A DNA stretch of 61,762 nucleotides, the filler included, from Sphacelaria rigidula (lineage: Eukaryota): NCBI GenBank assembly GCA_964200075.2. It is 10 parts of 10 records of this genome, joined end to end, with 100 filler letters (N's around TTAATTAATTAA, not from the genome) between each part and the next. Parts side by side here need not be neighbours in the genome. Positions count along the whole stretch, not along the records: positions 43,308 to 49,392 come from CAXNAA020022335.1; positions 49,493 to 55,577 come from CAXNAA020022336.1; positions 55,678 to 61,762 come from CAXNAA020022337.1; 7 more parts are not named here. One strand, 5' to 3'. A model generated the notes under the pieces. The model had not been told where the DNA came from. It did not search any database and worked only from the letters and a program-made list of their open reading frames with translations. This document shows positions 48,609 through 61,762 of the stretch, in pieces. Every line of letters begins with the position of its first letter. Position 1 is the stretch's first letter. A program made the position numbers and the translations under genes.

Positions 48609-50869
48609 GTGTTACCATTGTAATGATAATGGCCAGTTAAAACTAGTACCATTTCCGAGCTCTAGTAATCATGTTTCCTGCATCACCAGAAATCCTGCAA
48701 TTTTTGTGATGAGCTATGCCAGCGTAAAAACATATTTAAGTAAACCCTTTGACCGCACGCAGAGCTCATCTGTTGAGTCAGCATCAATTTCGCCAGAGAA
48801 ATGGCTGCATGGCCAGATGACGTACCCTCGCGCGGTCAAAGGGTCAAGCTCTCACAGCTATATCTCATCGACACAGACGAATATCGGCCGCCATTCGCGT
48901 TTTTATTGATCGCCTATTCAAGACCAACTCTTTTGTGTAGGAAAAAAAATCCTGTTGAATAATTCCCCTTAAACTTGCATTTTCAATAACAGTCGAGTGA
49001 TGGAAGACAGGGGGGAAACTGCCAGTTTTTTCATCACTCGACTGTTTTTTATTGATCATGCAGGGCTTGGCCGAAAATTAAACTGTGGTCAGCGGGAAAC
49101 GCAAAGTTGTCCTGAAATAGTCCCAACGAGTAGAGCAAGTCATTCCAAGGTAACAGCATCCCCCTAGTCCTATTTTCGGGCCTAAAACGACGGAGAAAGG
49201 CCAAAAAGGCAGTTTTCGACAGGATTTTTTTTTTTACATGTGGAAAAAAGTTGGTGTAATCAGGGAGAATATGCCCATCTGCTCAGAAGCCTGGGCAAGT
49301 TTCTTATCGTTGACTGAGCGCCATGTCGAGTAATTCCTCTACCGTACGAAGACGTGGTCCATACTAAAGTAGTCAGCGTCAGAAGTTTTCAGNNNNNNNN
49401 NNNNNNNNNNNNNNNNNNNNNNNNNNNNNNNNNNNNTTAATTAATTAANNNNNNNNNNNNNNNNNNNNNNNNNNNNNNNNNNNNNNNNNNNNCGATTTAC
49501 GTGAAGATTTTGCCTCCCAAAACCATGCACTTTTTTGGGGGGGGGGGCTATCGTGGAAAGTGTCGCGCATAGAAAGCACTGTATTTCCATCACAATTATG
49601 TCCAGATCGGAACGCAACAGTAGTGCAGTAGTTCAGGCAATGTCCAGCGACGATCAAACCTTGTCGCAGGATTTGAACGTACCACAGGGCGGCGATAACT
49701 ACAGCACAGAAATGATGGGTGTGGGCACGCAGCACCTTGTTCCTTTCTTCAGAAGACGCAGTAGCCAACACACCGTGACGTTCCGTGAAGAGGACTACGC
49801 GCCAACCGCAAATCTTGTACCGGCCGGAACACGACGATACAGTAGTCCAGGTAATCCCTAGCGCAGATCAAACCGCCTTCTCAGGGGTCAAACGCACCAC
49901 ACCACAGTGTGAGCTACAGTACAGGAATGAGGGGTGTGGCCACGAAGCGGCTTGTTCGCTACGAAAGACATATCGTCCAACAAACACACTTTGACATCTC
50001 AACTTGGACAAGGCAGCACTGCGCATCAACTACAACTATTTTGTACAAAGCGGAACACTACATCAGTACAGCAGGTCTGGCATCTCCAGCGGGGGCCGAA
50101 CCATCTTCCCACCAAGGTCTCAACACACGACAGTACAGGGATAGTTACAGCACACTTGAGAGAGCGTGAGTGGTTCATGCTGCAGTGCAGAAGTACATCG
50201 CATGATTCATATAATAGCGTAGTTCCTCGCTCGATTTTGAACAGCTTCTCCGATTTTGAACAGCTTCTCCGTTATGCTCGGGTGTTCAAAAGGGGGGTAC
50301 TTATATTAATCAGAAACCCATCCGCTGATCAACATTCAAAATTACGGGTGTCACTTCTGTTTAAAGTCGGCACCGGCTATGTTTCGTAACATACGGTTTC
50401 CCACAATGTGTTCAGTATCGATCAAGATTTTGGTTTTCAACGGGTTCCATAAGATATGGTCTAAGAGCATGTACAAAAATGAGAAGATAAAGATAAAAGG
50501 AGCCCATGCACTGCCCGAGCCTTACAGTAAAGGTCCGTACAAGGGTACTGGTGATCCGTTCGGACGTGGTGTAGCTCTCACTCAAGTCGTGCGTAGAATT
50601 CCTCGCTATGTATGCAGACCGCATGCAGAAGTTCTTCCGACGTTGTAGGATCCCCTGGTTATTTGCACGCCGCTGCACGTGCCTGCTAGAGTATACTGTG
50701 GTGCAAATTAAGCCGCTTGTAAGTGGTGCTATTTTTTCCATCACTCAGAAAAAAACGCTTGCTAGAAAAGATCATTTCATCATGAAATGGTGCACACCAG
50801 CGTCCAGTAGAGTATTAGGTTTACCTTCGCAATGTGGTGCAGATGAATGTACATACATATTCGGGCATG

Positions 50870-51385
50870 GGTAGATGCGGAATGCACTTCTGCGATTCTT
50901 CATGATATAGCCCATCATCGAAATTGAGGATGGAGTTTTTTTTCGAGGATGAGAACCCTGAGGATTTAAATATTCTTACCCACACAAAAATTTCGAAATA
51001 TGATCCCATTCCTTCACCTACCGGTAGCTATTGACAAGCACTACACGTAATCCAAATTTGAATTTCGATGGCCGAAATGCTGGGGTCCTGAGTGAAGAAC
51101 CAACTTCGGCGAATTTCGACGATCCGATCGGATCACCTAACTTTTTCTTTATCTAGGACCCCAACATTTCGGTTGTCAGAATCCAAATTTATAGGGCGTG
51201 TAGCAGTTGTCAATAGGTAACAGTAGGTGAAGGAATGGAACCATATTTCGAAGGTTTGGTGTTGATAGAAAAAATTTAATCCTCAGGGTTTTCTCATCCT
51301 CAATGAAAAGCTCCATTCTCAATTTCGATGATTGGCTGTTATGATACGCGATGAATAAGCACGTAGTAGGTGGGACATTATCCAT
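50870..51385. mobile_element. Fold-back element with arms of about 190 bp or more
   Basis: About 50900-51090 is the reverse complement of about 51155-51345, e.g. CCATTCCTTCACCTAC / GTAGGTGAAGGAATGG. Confidence 0.8.
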
Positions 51386-51514
51386 CAGCAGCAGCTGTAT
51401 TTCTTATTGCAGTGACAAGAGCAACATCGTACTGGCAAGCGCTTGATTTTTTTGAGCGCTCAATAACGATGTCATTGCCGTCAATATTGTGACCTCGCAC
51501 GTGTGGCCGTGTAG

Positions 51515-54500
51515 GGGGAAAACGGTCGAACGGCTCTCACGCAAGCCATCGAAGGCGGTCATGAAGAAACGGCACAGGCGCTGTTAGATGCCGCTAGATC
51601 GCTAGGAAACGCTCGACAACTAGTTGAGGCTGGAGCAGCGTCACCTGGTGGGAGTAGGCCTTGTGCCGGATCCAACCCCGTGCACCTGGCCAGTGCGAAA
51701 GGACTGATCGCTGTAGTTAAAGCGCTGTTGTCCGCCGGAGCAGCTGTCGATGGAAGGGATGGTGACGGAGAGACTCCTCTGTTTTATGCGTGTAGAAAGG
51801 TGAGAAAAAAACGGGAAAATACAACGACAGCGCTGTTCGGTGCTTCAGCGCGTGCACACGAGCACGATTAGCCTACTGGTGGGACATTTGCTTTACCTCA
51901 AGTTGTGTGTCTTGTATTGCGCAGGAAAATGAGCAGACTGGGGGCACGCAGTCGCCACCTCAGAGGCCTCCCCTTATGAGTTATTACTAGATAACGCTCG
52001 TGTGCAGCTAACATCTGACAAGGCCTCATTCGAGGCACGAAATATAGTATGTACTTGCCCCCGGAGTATTCCTGAGGGTGGTATGCTTGGCTGCTTCATG
52101 GTAGCCATGCACACATACGCCTGAATCTACTGTTCCTGCTTGAGCACCCTGGCGAGTTCCGGTGTCTTGGTGCAATATGTATACCGGCATGACGTCGCTA
52201 GCGAGTCGGATACGTCTGTACTCAAGAATCCGAAGAGCCACGTCCTTATTAACCAAACATCTGCATGCTGCTTTTCATGTAGGGGTGTGTGGGTTCTGCA
52301 CGAGAGTTACTGGCACGAGGAGCAGACCCATCAGCAGCGAGCAACAACGGGTCCACGCCTCTGGAGGTTGTGGGACGTGCGGTGAGAACAGTCAGCAGCA
52401 ATGCCTAGCTTTGTAAACAAGTGCGGTGCGTTAAACCTTTTGGGCCCCACCCTCACGCACGACCAAAGCGCGTTTCACTGGCTGGTCATTGTGCAGAGAA
52501 CGCAGAGAATGCAGAGAATGCAGAGAATGCAGAGAATGCACAGAGAATGCACAGAGTGCAGAAAGTGACGCACATGATCAAAATCAATAACGCACATTCA
52601 GAAGAAATATTTAAGGGGTGCAATCAACGACGCGTCTTGGGCCTTTATCGCCGACCACCAGCATCCAGGGCAGTGCAAGAATGCAGTGCAATATACATGT
52701 CGATGGATGTGCCAGCCGGATCCATGTATGCACCAGTTTATGTGCAGTAGTTGCGGGCGGCTTGTGTCCCCGATCATGCTGCTGCCAGTCGTGACTGGGG
52801 TGTTAAGCAGGAGTGTCAGCCTTTGCCATTGCTGGGTATTACAACCATCGAGTACGCTCGGTTAACCTGATCTCCCAGCTGATTGTTGGTGCTCGTAAGT
52901 TGGATGAGTCGTGTCCGCCGAGATTTGTTCAAGGGTTTCTTTGCAGAGTCTCCCTACCCTAAATCCAAATGATGACTGAGCACACGACTCATTCCAGACT
53001 TTTCAGAACGAAAAACAAGTAAGTCTGATCCCTGAAGGGTCTAGGTCGTCGAAACACTATTTCCGTGTCTTGTTTGCTTCTCTCTCCACGAGGACTTGGT
53101 TATTGTGTAGAGGCGTTGTTTTTCTCTTCGGCACGCTTTTACTGTATAGCTGAAAAAGAAGATCCCACTCTTGGTCGCTGGCTGCTTGATCGCTCAACCG
53201 TCGTCAGCTAATGTGATCAGTGTAGCACCAACGGGAAATACAACAAGATAAGAATAAACACTATAATCGTGTAGAGCTAGTACCGGAGTAACACGGGGCG
53301 AGGTCCACAAATGGTTAAGGAAACGCAGCAATCACTCACCAGGCCTACTACGTGTAGCGGCGGGCTGCACACGGCGAACAAACTTCCAGAAGGTAACGAA
53401 ATAGACGAAAAGATACCGTTGCCCTTACTGAACAATGTTCCTGTTGGGACCCGCCATACGTGTTCATTGTACCATACGTGCCTAAAACCATCAGGCGGAT
53501 AAAGAATGGTTTGCGGAACTTCATGGGCTATTGGAGAAAGCGGCGGCTACATTTATAAGACCTGATCCACCAGGGTCGGCAGAACCTAACACCAACGTGT
53601 CCGACGTCGACCGCCGACCTGGAGCACGTGAACCAGAAGTGGATGGTGCTGGAGAAATGAGGCCTGCCCAAGATGTGAGATGACTTTGGCTGTTAAGCTG
53701 AGATGATACCTTCATATTCATATAGACACGGGGCATCGCAGTGGCCTCGACACGTCTCTGCCAATGTTGTTACTATGCAAGGCAGAGACTGGCAGACAAT
53801 CTTACTTTGAAGTTCGTTCGGAAATACGTACTCTCTGCACGGATTCAGACTCTTCCAGCGTTTCTGTGCGTTGTTTGAGTAGGAGGCGGGTTGACATGTG
53901 TTGGTCTCGAAAGTCTCAATCATATTCATCACTACCATGAGAAGAAATCGGGTTCGGGGGCCATCTCGCCGATAAGCATCTCACTTAACGACAAAAGCGC
54001 GACGTATTTACCGAACGCTCTCTGTGCTATGTAATTGGTACCGCAAACCATTTCTGTGAAGATCCGCCCAGAGAAAAAAGCGAAGGCATGGAGGGCAGGG
54101 TTGAGACTTTGACCGTCAGAGTGAGGTTTCTCTTGAATTGACAGGATTTTCACTTGAAAAATGAATGTACGACCCAGATGACTCACCCTGGCCGTCAAAG
54201 GGTTCAAGGAGGCGTGACCGGAAGGGCGGCACAACGACACTGGCATCATCATTGCTTACGCACCCGATGGAAGTATCACCAGGTTCCTTCTGAAACCTTG
54301 TCAATACACTCTTATCACAGGGAGGGTTTGCTCATCTCTACGCGCGGAAATCCTGCATATAGTCCAACTGAAGGGCCGTGTTAACGAGCGATGGCCATGC
54401 GGGGGGAGGGGAGGGGGGTGCACCCGAAAAGTGATCGGCGGGAAACACGCTCCGGCCGACTGCTCACGACGAAAAACGGAACATTGCGGAACAAAAACGA

Positions 54501-55194
54501 TGGGAAAATATAGAGCAGATACCGCCCAAACGAGACCTGCACTCGCGCATTACATTTATTTAATGATCGAACAGTTCCGGCAGATAGTACTTGACAATAT
54601 GTACGTGGGCACACAGTGTACCCGCTCAAAAAAAGGGTACGGCCTTAGAAGGTACAGTAACAAAACAGTCACAGAAACATCGAAACCGGTTGTAACCACT
54701 GTGCACCCCTAGGTCTTCGAAACGGAACGGAATAGTTGAAAAGTCTAAGCCCGCAAGTTCTACCCAATCCTGTGGTGCGTGCTTGAACATCACAGGGGGA
54801 GGACGATGAGGACAATGATGTAATGTTGGTAAATGACTGGGACAAAGAGTTTGACGGAGACGACCACTCGAATGTTGTGGTGTTCGGTGCCGACGACGGG
54901 GAGGATGGCATGAGCGTTTCATCTCCACAGCCACGGCAGCGACCACCATCCTCAGAACCAAATCCGCGAAATGAGACCGAGCAAGGTGCTGACCCGGAAA
55001 AAGAAACTGGTGTGCTGCCTTCACAAGCCGTGTTGCCCGTGCAAGGTGATAACGGAGAAGACGAGGACGTGTTGATGTTGGGAGACTATAACGTGGACGA
55101 AGATTTGGAAGGTTTTGTTGTGGATGGAGCACCCTCTGCCGCGGAGAGTGGGGTGTGGGAGATGACGAATCAACGGCCGCGTTCTGGAATCAAG
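51515..55194 (+). CDS. Ankyrin-repeat protein with acidic region: exons 51515-51799, 52283-52381, 53495-53674, 54796-55194
   Basis: Four AG/GT-bounded phase-0 open exons. GRTALTQAIEGGHEETAQALL, NPVHLASAKGLIAVVKALLSAGA and GETPLFYACRK|GCVGSARELLARGAD...GSTPL are ankyrin repeats. Confidence 0.85.
52493..52562. repeat. 9-bp tandem repeat (GCAGAGAAT)n in intron
   Basis: About 7 degenerate units visible. Confidence 0.9.
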
Positions 55195-57856
55195 GTAAGC
55201 CACTAACGGCTTGCACTCGATATTCTGGTGCATGTCTCGTGCCATGTGTGTACCGTGCCGGTAGTACATCTCAGTAGCCTTCTTATACGTGGGTAGAACC
55301 CTGGGTTGTGTACGGTCGTCGGAACGCCGCGGTATATTGCCGCCTATTTGTTCATGCTGTAGCATTTTACACCACACATACACATTTTTCCGGCCTTCGG
55401 CTTCGCTTCTTCGGCCGGCAGGTGGTTCAAAGCGCGGCATGTATTCATCAAATTCTGAGTTCACGAAAATGAAAGTACAGCAATGCTGTGTAAATTGCCG
55501 TCCAAGAGTGGATTCTCGAAAATGGGGTTAAAAAACAAAATGAGGTCCAACTCAAAAGCCGTGCTTTCCCTGACCTANNNNNNNNNNNNNNNNNNNNNNN
55601 NNNNNNNNNNNNNNNNNNNNNTTAATTAATTAANNNNNNNNNNNNNNNNNNNNNNNNNNNNNNNNNNNNNNNNNNNNCCCCCCCCAATTGTAGCATGACT
55701 ATATCGTGATACCGCGATAGTAACCGCATTATCGCAACATGTAACTACGCGCGTGTCACGGTAGAGTAAGTACAGTGCGTGCAGTATTATGCACAACACG
55801 ACGCTGTATGGTATACACCACATAAGACTCAAATATACAGGCGGTTAAGCCTTTTGACCGCCGAGATGAGTCAAGTGGGTCCAAAATTCCGTTTACAACA
55901 TGCAACCGCTCTAGTATTGTAAAATCGTGACGTCATATATTATCATGCACACAGTGCATGTCTGCCTGCGACTTCTCTACCGTACTGAAGCAGTATGCTC
56001 TACACATAATACTGTATGTTCCGATGTAGGTGTGGCAATCGACGACAGAGAATATCTGTCGGTAAGCATTGTATACCACAGTACATTCTGACATGTATCT
56101 ATCGATTTTCATGGCCGCCATGCATAGATTTTGTACGCAATTTATCAACAGCGATTGCCGTCATCAATAGGTATGATACACAATCTATCAATAGCCATCG
56201 CCGCCATCAATAGAGTTGGCACACGGTGTATCGATAGTCATTTTCGTCATCAATATATTTGACACGCAACACACTCGGTCGGCGGCAATAGATTTCGGTG
56301 TAGGGCCAAAACAGACTGCTGCCCGAACAAAAGTGTGGGAAAGGGGTCTATCTATAGACATTGCCGACGGCAAAAGAGAGAAACTTGTCGATCGATAGCC
56401 ATGACAGCCGACAATATTTGGAATCTACTGCAGCAAATGCTGTTGGTATTGTAACGTTTGTCTTCTATTACCCAGGGTGCGCTTTGTTTCTTATTTCTGG
56501 AATGCATTTGCTGACGTGCCCGTGTGCAGGTACGGGGCAGTGAAATGATGATGCTTGCCTGCGCCGAGGTCTCCCATTTTTTATTTTCGGTGGGAATCAT
56601 CTACTACCTTCTGGTGTTCTTTTCCATTCAGGTACGAGGGTGTATGGGTGTCATGATTCAACCTGAGTACAGCTAGCTTTGCGTTCATTTGCGACAATCA
56701 ATAACTTAATCAACCAGGAGCTTCAGGCTGGTTCACGCCTGTCACCAAAATATTACGTCATCAGCCGAATGCCTTTCGCGATACCTACTCAATAGTTGCA
56801 TACATGATGTCATACTGACCTCCATGTACAGCTGAAGAGCGTGGTGTGGCCGGATTTCTGTGTAAGACCATAGCGGTAGTGCCAGGGGCGAAAAGGTGTA
56901 TCGACCAATCAGCGCCCGGAAAATTGTTCCGAGATTGAAATTACAAATTCCAAGCCCAAGTTTCACCCAATCTCCACAAGCTTCATCTCGTAGTAACCGC
57001 CATCGGCTCGGGAATCTAGCGAAAAAAGATACGAAGTATTTGAAAACGGTTACTACGGGGGTCGAATTATACCCGAAACAGTGATGTTTCGGTCATGTCG
57101 GGTTTTGGCGTCGTCTAGTTTCCACTAATGGTACGTACGAAATACCCAGAGAGCCTCGTTATGGTTTTCCTCAAATCTACCGTAGAAAAGCCTAGATCGC
57201 CCTCAAACGTGTCAGTTCCGTTCATATTGATGCTTCAAATGGAGAAATTGTGCTCTTGGCCACATTTCAAAGTTTCTCCGTTCTCCACCAGCTTCCGGGG
57301 GTCCCAGTGTGGAAACCCTCGGAAAGCAGTACGAAAATGCCTTTTAAAAAAACATAACACGATGCGTCCCGGGATAGTCCAAGGAACATATGTACAAAGT
57401 TTGGTTGAGAAACTCGAAATCCTCAAACAGTTTTACCTCGCCTTAACGAATCAGACTTATCGTTTTCATTGTCCGCTCTACGATTTGTATGAGTCGAGTC
57501 GAACTGGGGAGCACTGCTGTAGCGTTTTACCATACCGATCTTTGAAACTATATCTGGGTCTTTATACAGGCTTTGACTCTGCTTTCACTCCACCCGGTTT
57601 CCTGGGGTACAGGGGGATACTTCTATGCCACGGCGCGATGTAGCTCGTTTTTGCTGAAATCGTGTCCTCGGCAGGCGGCGATCTGACAAAAAACGTACGC
57701 TTGGCCTGAAGGACTGAAATAGTCTCACTTTGCTCGAGGGTTCACCGTCTGCCTTCGTTTGGGCTTAGGATCAGGGCTAGCGTTAGCGTTAGTGCGTAGT
57801 TGGGTTAGCGCCATGAACCCCTACCAGGGTCTGTCCATTCGCACCCTCAGATGATA

Positions 57857-58777
57857 CGGCAGTTCACATCTGAAATAGGAGATTTTCGTAACTGTTGCGT
57901 GGTCGGGGATATTCAAAAATGTTTTCGCGTGCCACCTCTCATCCCAGGGAATATTTAATCCCAAAGGTTGGGAATCGGGAGACACTAGGCATCCCCTCCA
58001 CATTCGGAAATAGGATCACATCTGCGCTCATTGTTGAACGACCTACGGGCTGTCCGGTTTTCTGGGGTCCTGAGATTACCCAGCACCAGGCCCTGGCCTT
58101 TGAGTACTTGTGCTCGATTGAAGCAACCCCAATCGTTTTCGTGAATAGATGATAATGATTGCTTTTTTTATTTCCATATACTTATTGCGCCAGGGCCGAA
58201 AAGCTGTGTTTTGGACTAGTGACGGTCGGTAACATCCCGTGATGAACAAGGTACTTACTCCGTATCAACCTGACAACAACATTTGAAGATTGTGTTCGTA
58301 GCACGACGTGCTTCTCATCCCAGTATCTATCGACGCTAGGACTTTTAAACGCCAACGATGGGTACTACACGAGAAAATTTCGGAAAAGTACCCAAAAATG
58401 AAAGAAAATTGCCCAACCAAGCTCTGCATCGCACAGCGGGGGATGAGCCAATTCGGATCACTGTCATCAATGATTTGACGAACCCTCGTATGTATATTAT
58501 CTAATCATTGCGTTAGAGTCGGAAATAAAATTGTCTTGGACCAAAAACGGTGAATAACACCCCCTATCAATCCAGCTCGGAAGGTCGTTCAATATTGAGC
58601 ACAGAGACAATTTTTCTTGCGGAATGTGAAGCGAATACCTAGAATTTTCAGACTCCCAAACTTTGGGATCAACCGCTCGGTGGGATGAGCGGTGGCATGC
58701 AAAAAAAACATTTAAAATCGCCGACTACGAAAAAATCACAAAAATCTCCTACTGGGTATTCCAGATGAAAACTACAG
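57857..58777. mobile_element. Older MITE with about 130-bp diverged TIRs
   Basis: CATCTGAAATAGGAGATTTT..GCCACCTCTCATCCCA..ATCCCAAAGGTTGGGA is mirrored at about 58640-58777, with TA at the left flank. Confidence 0.65.
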
Positions 58778-61003
58778 TCAACACCCCGCGCCAAGAGACA
58801 TATCAAGTGAGCTAACTTTGATGGAAGACCACGATGCATGCCGAGAACATATTTGGCTGCTACCTCCGGCTGTGTGATGCGGCGATCATGCGTGGCGTGG
58901 TAGTTTGGATGAAATCGCGTTCTTTGTTCTATTCGGAAAACAGAGAGAGGGGGGAGAGGGGGGGGGAACGACGGAGAAAGACCGTCAGGTCAAAAAAATG
59001 ATTTTTCGATGAAAACCATTGGAATTGTGGTGCGATGTCCGGGCAACAGCCTAGGGTGCGAAATACGCTGCCACTTGGCTTCTACCGATCAAGCTCGTAC
59101 CGATTTTTTCCCCACGACGATCGATATGAAAAGGCCTAACTAGCATAATCGGTGAGAGCCTAGTTGCCACTCTCGAAGTGAGTATCGACGCCAAAACATA
59201 ACTAATTGTGTCCAGTGACTTAAATGTCCACCCAGTGATGCCCATCGATCGCGTCGAATCTGCTTCAGCGGCCTTCACAGACTGTGTAGGGTCACAACGT
59301 AGATTTTTAAGTGTCACTTCACCTGGATGTAGGTGCGACATATTTGGCAGCACAATGCCACCTTGGCTCGGCGCTGTGGGTGTGCAGAGCACATGAACCC
59401 CGCTACAGCAGTCGACACGCGATCGACTCATTTCAAGACTTGAAGTAATTTACGATGTTAGGCGGTTACCCCATGACCGTTGAAAAAAAAATGTGAAAAA
59501 AAAATCTGTCTGTGAGAAAAGTAATAAAAAGTTGTCTCAAAATTTAAAACTCTCGTCTTCTTCCAATGGTGCAATGGAATCAATCTACTGTCCCACGGTC
59601 GTTTTCCTTTCTCCACAAATTACGCCGATACTGTTGTGTCAAACGCCTAGTCTGGAATCTCTTGCTGATGGTAGGCTGTCCTTGAGTAAGTATGAACACC
59701 TCACCGTACCTAGTTAGGAGGGGGGCTGTGGACTAGATAAGGTACAACTTCGTGATTTTCGTCTGTAAAAGGTGCGATTTCGGACTAGGTGTGCAGAGCT
59801 AGAAAAGCACGTCAGAATGACCGTTTTCGGTCGCATTGTTTGAAACACATCAACTGGGGATATGTGCTGCGCCTACACGTTGAAAAGACTTTGGAGGGGG
59901 AGGGGAGGAACGCACTCTTGCCTCGTGCGGTCCGTTTCCAAAGCGGAGCTTCTCTTCAAATTCACCTTGTGCCCTCGCTAGGCGGAAATTCTAGAGGCAT
60001 ACCAAATCTGCAGGGGGGGGGCACAAAAAGGGTACACCCTCGTGTTTGTGGAACAAAAAGGGTACCGCATGTTTTCGGTTTGGGGCGCGGCGCTGCACGC
60101 GTGCTGAACACCTCGAGAACGTCCTCTAGCGCATCAACCCCCATGCCCAAGGTACGTGGGCGGCATGTCCGATCATTTGTTTATTGTAGCACGTGGTACA
60201 AGGCTCAACTACGGCGCGGAAAGGATTAGAGTAACGGTTTATATATATAAACCAGGAGGGTACACCCTACTCTGCTAAAAACTCATACCATACCTTTTTT
60301 TGCTCACGTGTCCACCCTGTCATGCTCAAGTGCATACCATTCTCTATGAAGTGGTGGCCGTACCGGCGGCTCCGCAGAAGAGACGCCGAACAGTCATAAC
60401 TATGCCCATTTTATGTGAAAGTACACGCCGCCAAAAAAGCAGAAACCCAACGACCACGAAATTGTAGCCCCCTGCTGGTTGGCCCGCAGACCCGGAAGAT
60501 CCGACGACGATTAATCCAGGGCCCGAACGCGTGTGTGCCGGAGATCGCAAAGATCCAATGAACATGTGTGAAAAGTCTTACCGACACACACACGCCCGAA
60601 CGTGTCACCATGTAGGAGTAGGGACAGTGCTCCGTCTCGAAGGGGATGCGTGGTCAATGGTCAGACAACTAAGGGAAGCAACAAACGAGTACGCACCCTT
60701 CCTCCCCCCGCCCCCCCACCTTTTCTAGCCGACTACGCCCCTCACCAAGTCGCCACAAGAGTAAGGGGGTGAAATGAGAACCAAAAGCAGGAACATATCA
60801 TACCCGCCAAAAATGGGGAGAACTCGTGTCTATATTCGGAATCGACGCTCAGATTCTAGTGTGTGGGAAATCTTCGTGAGGAGTGTTCGGATAGCGGCAA
60901 ACCACCGTCGGAGCGTCGCGGTGGAAGGAGCTGTTTGTGGACGGAGCCTCGAGATTTACGTCGGAGAAAACACGACGGGGTCAAGCGTTATGTTTTGACG
61001 AAC

Positions 61004-61317
61004 GGCATGTGAACTGATTATCGAAAATTTTCACACATCGGACAGGTCATGAGCTACCTACCTGAAATAACTAATCGAAGAGAACTCTCAGATTCATTGT
61101 ACAAAAACATGAGACACGTGACAGCAGTGTCCGATAAGCCAACGTGTTATCTTCCCGCTACATCGGGTGGTCGGCTTCCATCGCTGTCAGGAGCGAATAC
61201 GGAAATAGTGGCCAAATGAGCTAGCCCATGATACGGATCAGTACTCTAATAAAAAGTAATATCAAGGTAGCTCATGAGCTGTCCGATATGTGAAAATATT
61301 CGATTTTTTGGGTGCCA
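61004..61317. mobile_element. MITE with inverted termini
   Basis: ATCGAAAATTTTCACACATCGGACAGGTCATGAGCTACC is mirrored by GGTAGCTCATGAGCTGTCCGATATGTGAAAATATTCGAT. Confidence 0.7.
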
Positions 61318-61762
61318 TAGTTGCTGTTGCTGGTGGTTTGGTCAGGGGCGCGCGCCGACTACATGTCCTACATAAGGTCCTCGAGAAGTCCATTCCCGAC
61401 TAGACAGGATGGAAAGGGCCATCTAGGGAAGGTATTACAAAAAAAACGGGTCAGATCCGGTATTCTTCTGTAGTCTATGCCTAGCGACGATACAGGGTTG
61501 ATGTGAGGAGAAGCTCCGTCTTGTGCATGGACCGCACGGGACGAGGATGCGACCTCTCCCCCCCCCGTCTAATGGTGAGACACCCATGAAGCAGGTAATC
61601 CGTGACTTTCTCTGGAAGTTGCGACACCAGAAAATGAAGTCACTCACTGTAGGCTGCCATCCGTATGCAAGATAATCAGTACACTTCGGGCCGAACAATC
61701 TTAGCAGGATGCAGCTCACCATTCATGCGACTCGCCGCACACACCACGGCTCTTCGCGCTTG

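Noticed and set aside
57760..57810. Telomeric repeat (also 29270-29305)
   Set aside because: Only a few degenerate TTAGGG/TTAGCG-like units at internal positions, more likely part of a transposon.
55678..61762. Protein-coding genes in the last scaffold
   Set aside because: The short ORFs lack recognisable motifs or consistent splice structure, and the region appears to be repeat debris.

Overview
This window is not contiguous genome. It is ten unrelated eukaryotic scaffolds of 6087, 6087, 6087, 6087, 6087, 6086, 6086, 6085, 6085 and 6085 bp, sorted by length and joined by identical 100-bp linkers (44 N + TTAATTAATTAA + 44 N). The DNA is intron-rich and dominated by transposons. Gene structure and the stramenopile-type Rab GDI suggest a brown alga, which is inference. 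Recognisable host-gene fragments are exons of SAR1, AP-2 alpha-adaptin, Rab GDI (3 exons), a PlsB/DHAPAT-like acyltransferase (3 exons), a Myb-domain protein lying head-to-head with a membrane-anchored protein, and an ankyrin-repeat protein (4 exons). Mobile DNA includes a degenerate Ty1/copia element with its 3' LTR and PPT, a decayed APE-type LINE, a decayed Tc1/mariner transposase with derived MITEs, many MITEs (hAT-, piggyBac-, pogo-like and unclassified), tRNA-derived repeats and a 63-bp minisatellite. The most unusual signals are three. First, two sister repeat families (about 16 copies) always end in, and often sit between, poly-C/poly-G tracts. Second, there is a three-layer piggyBac-MITE/mariner-MITE/piggyBac-MITE nest whose empty site is visible on another scaffold. 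Third, an element with a tRNA-like head appears to be bounded by TG...CA inverted repeats. No prokaryotic system, CRISPR array or rRNA is present.
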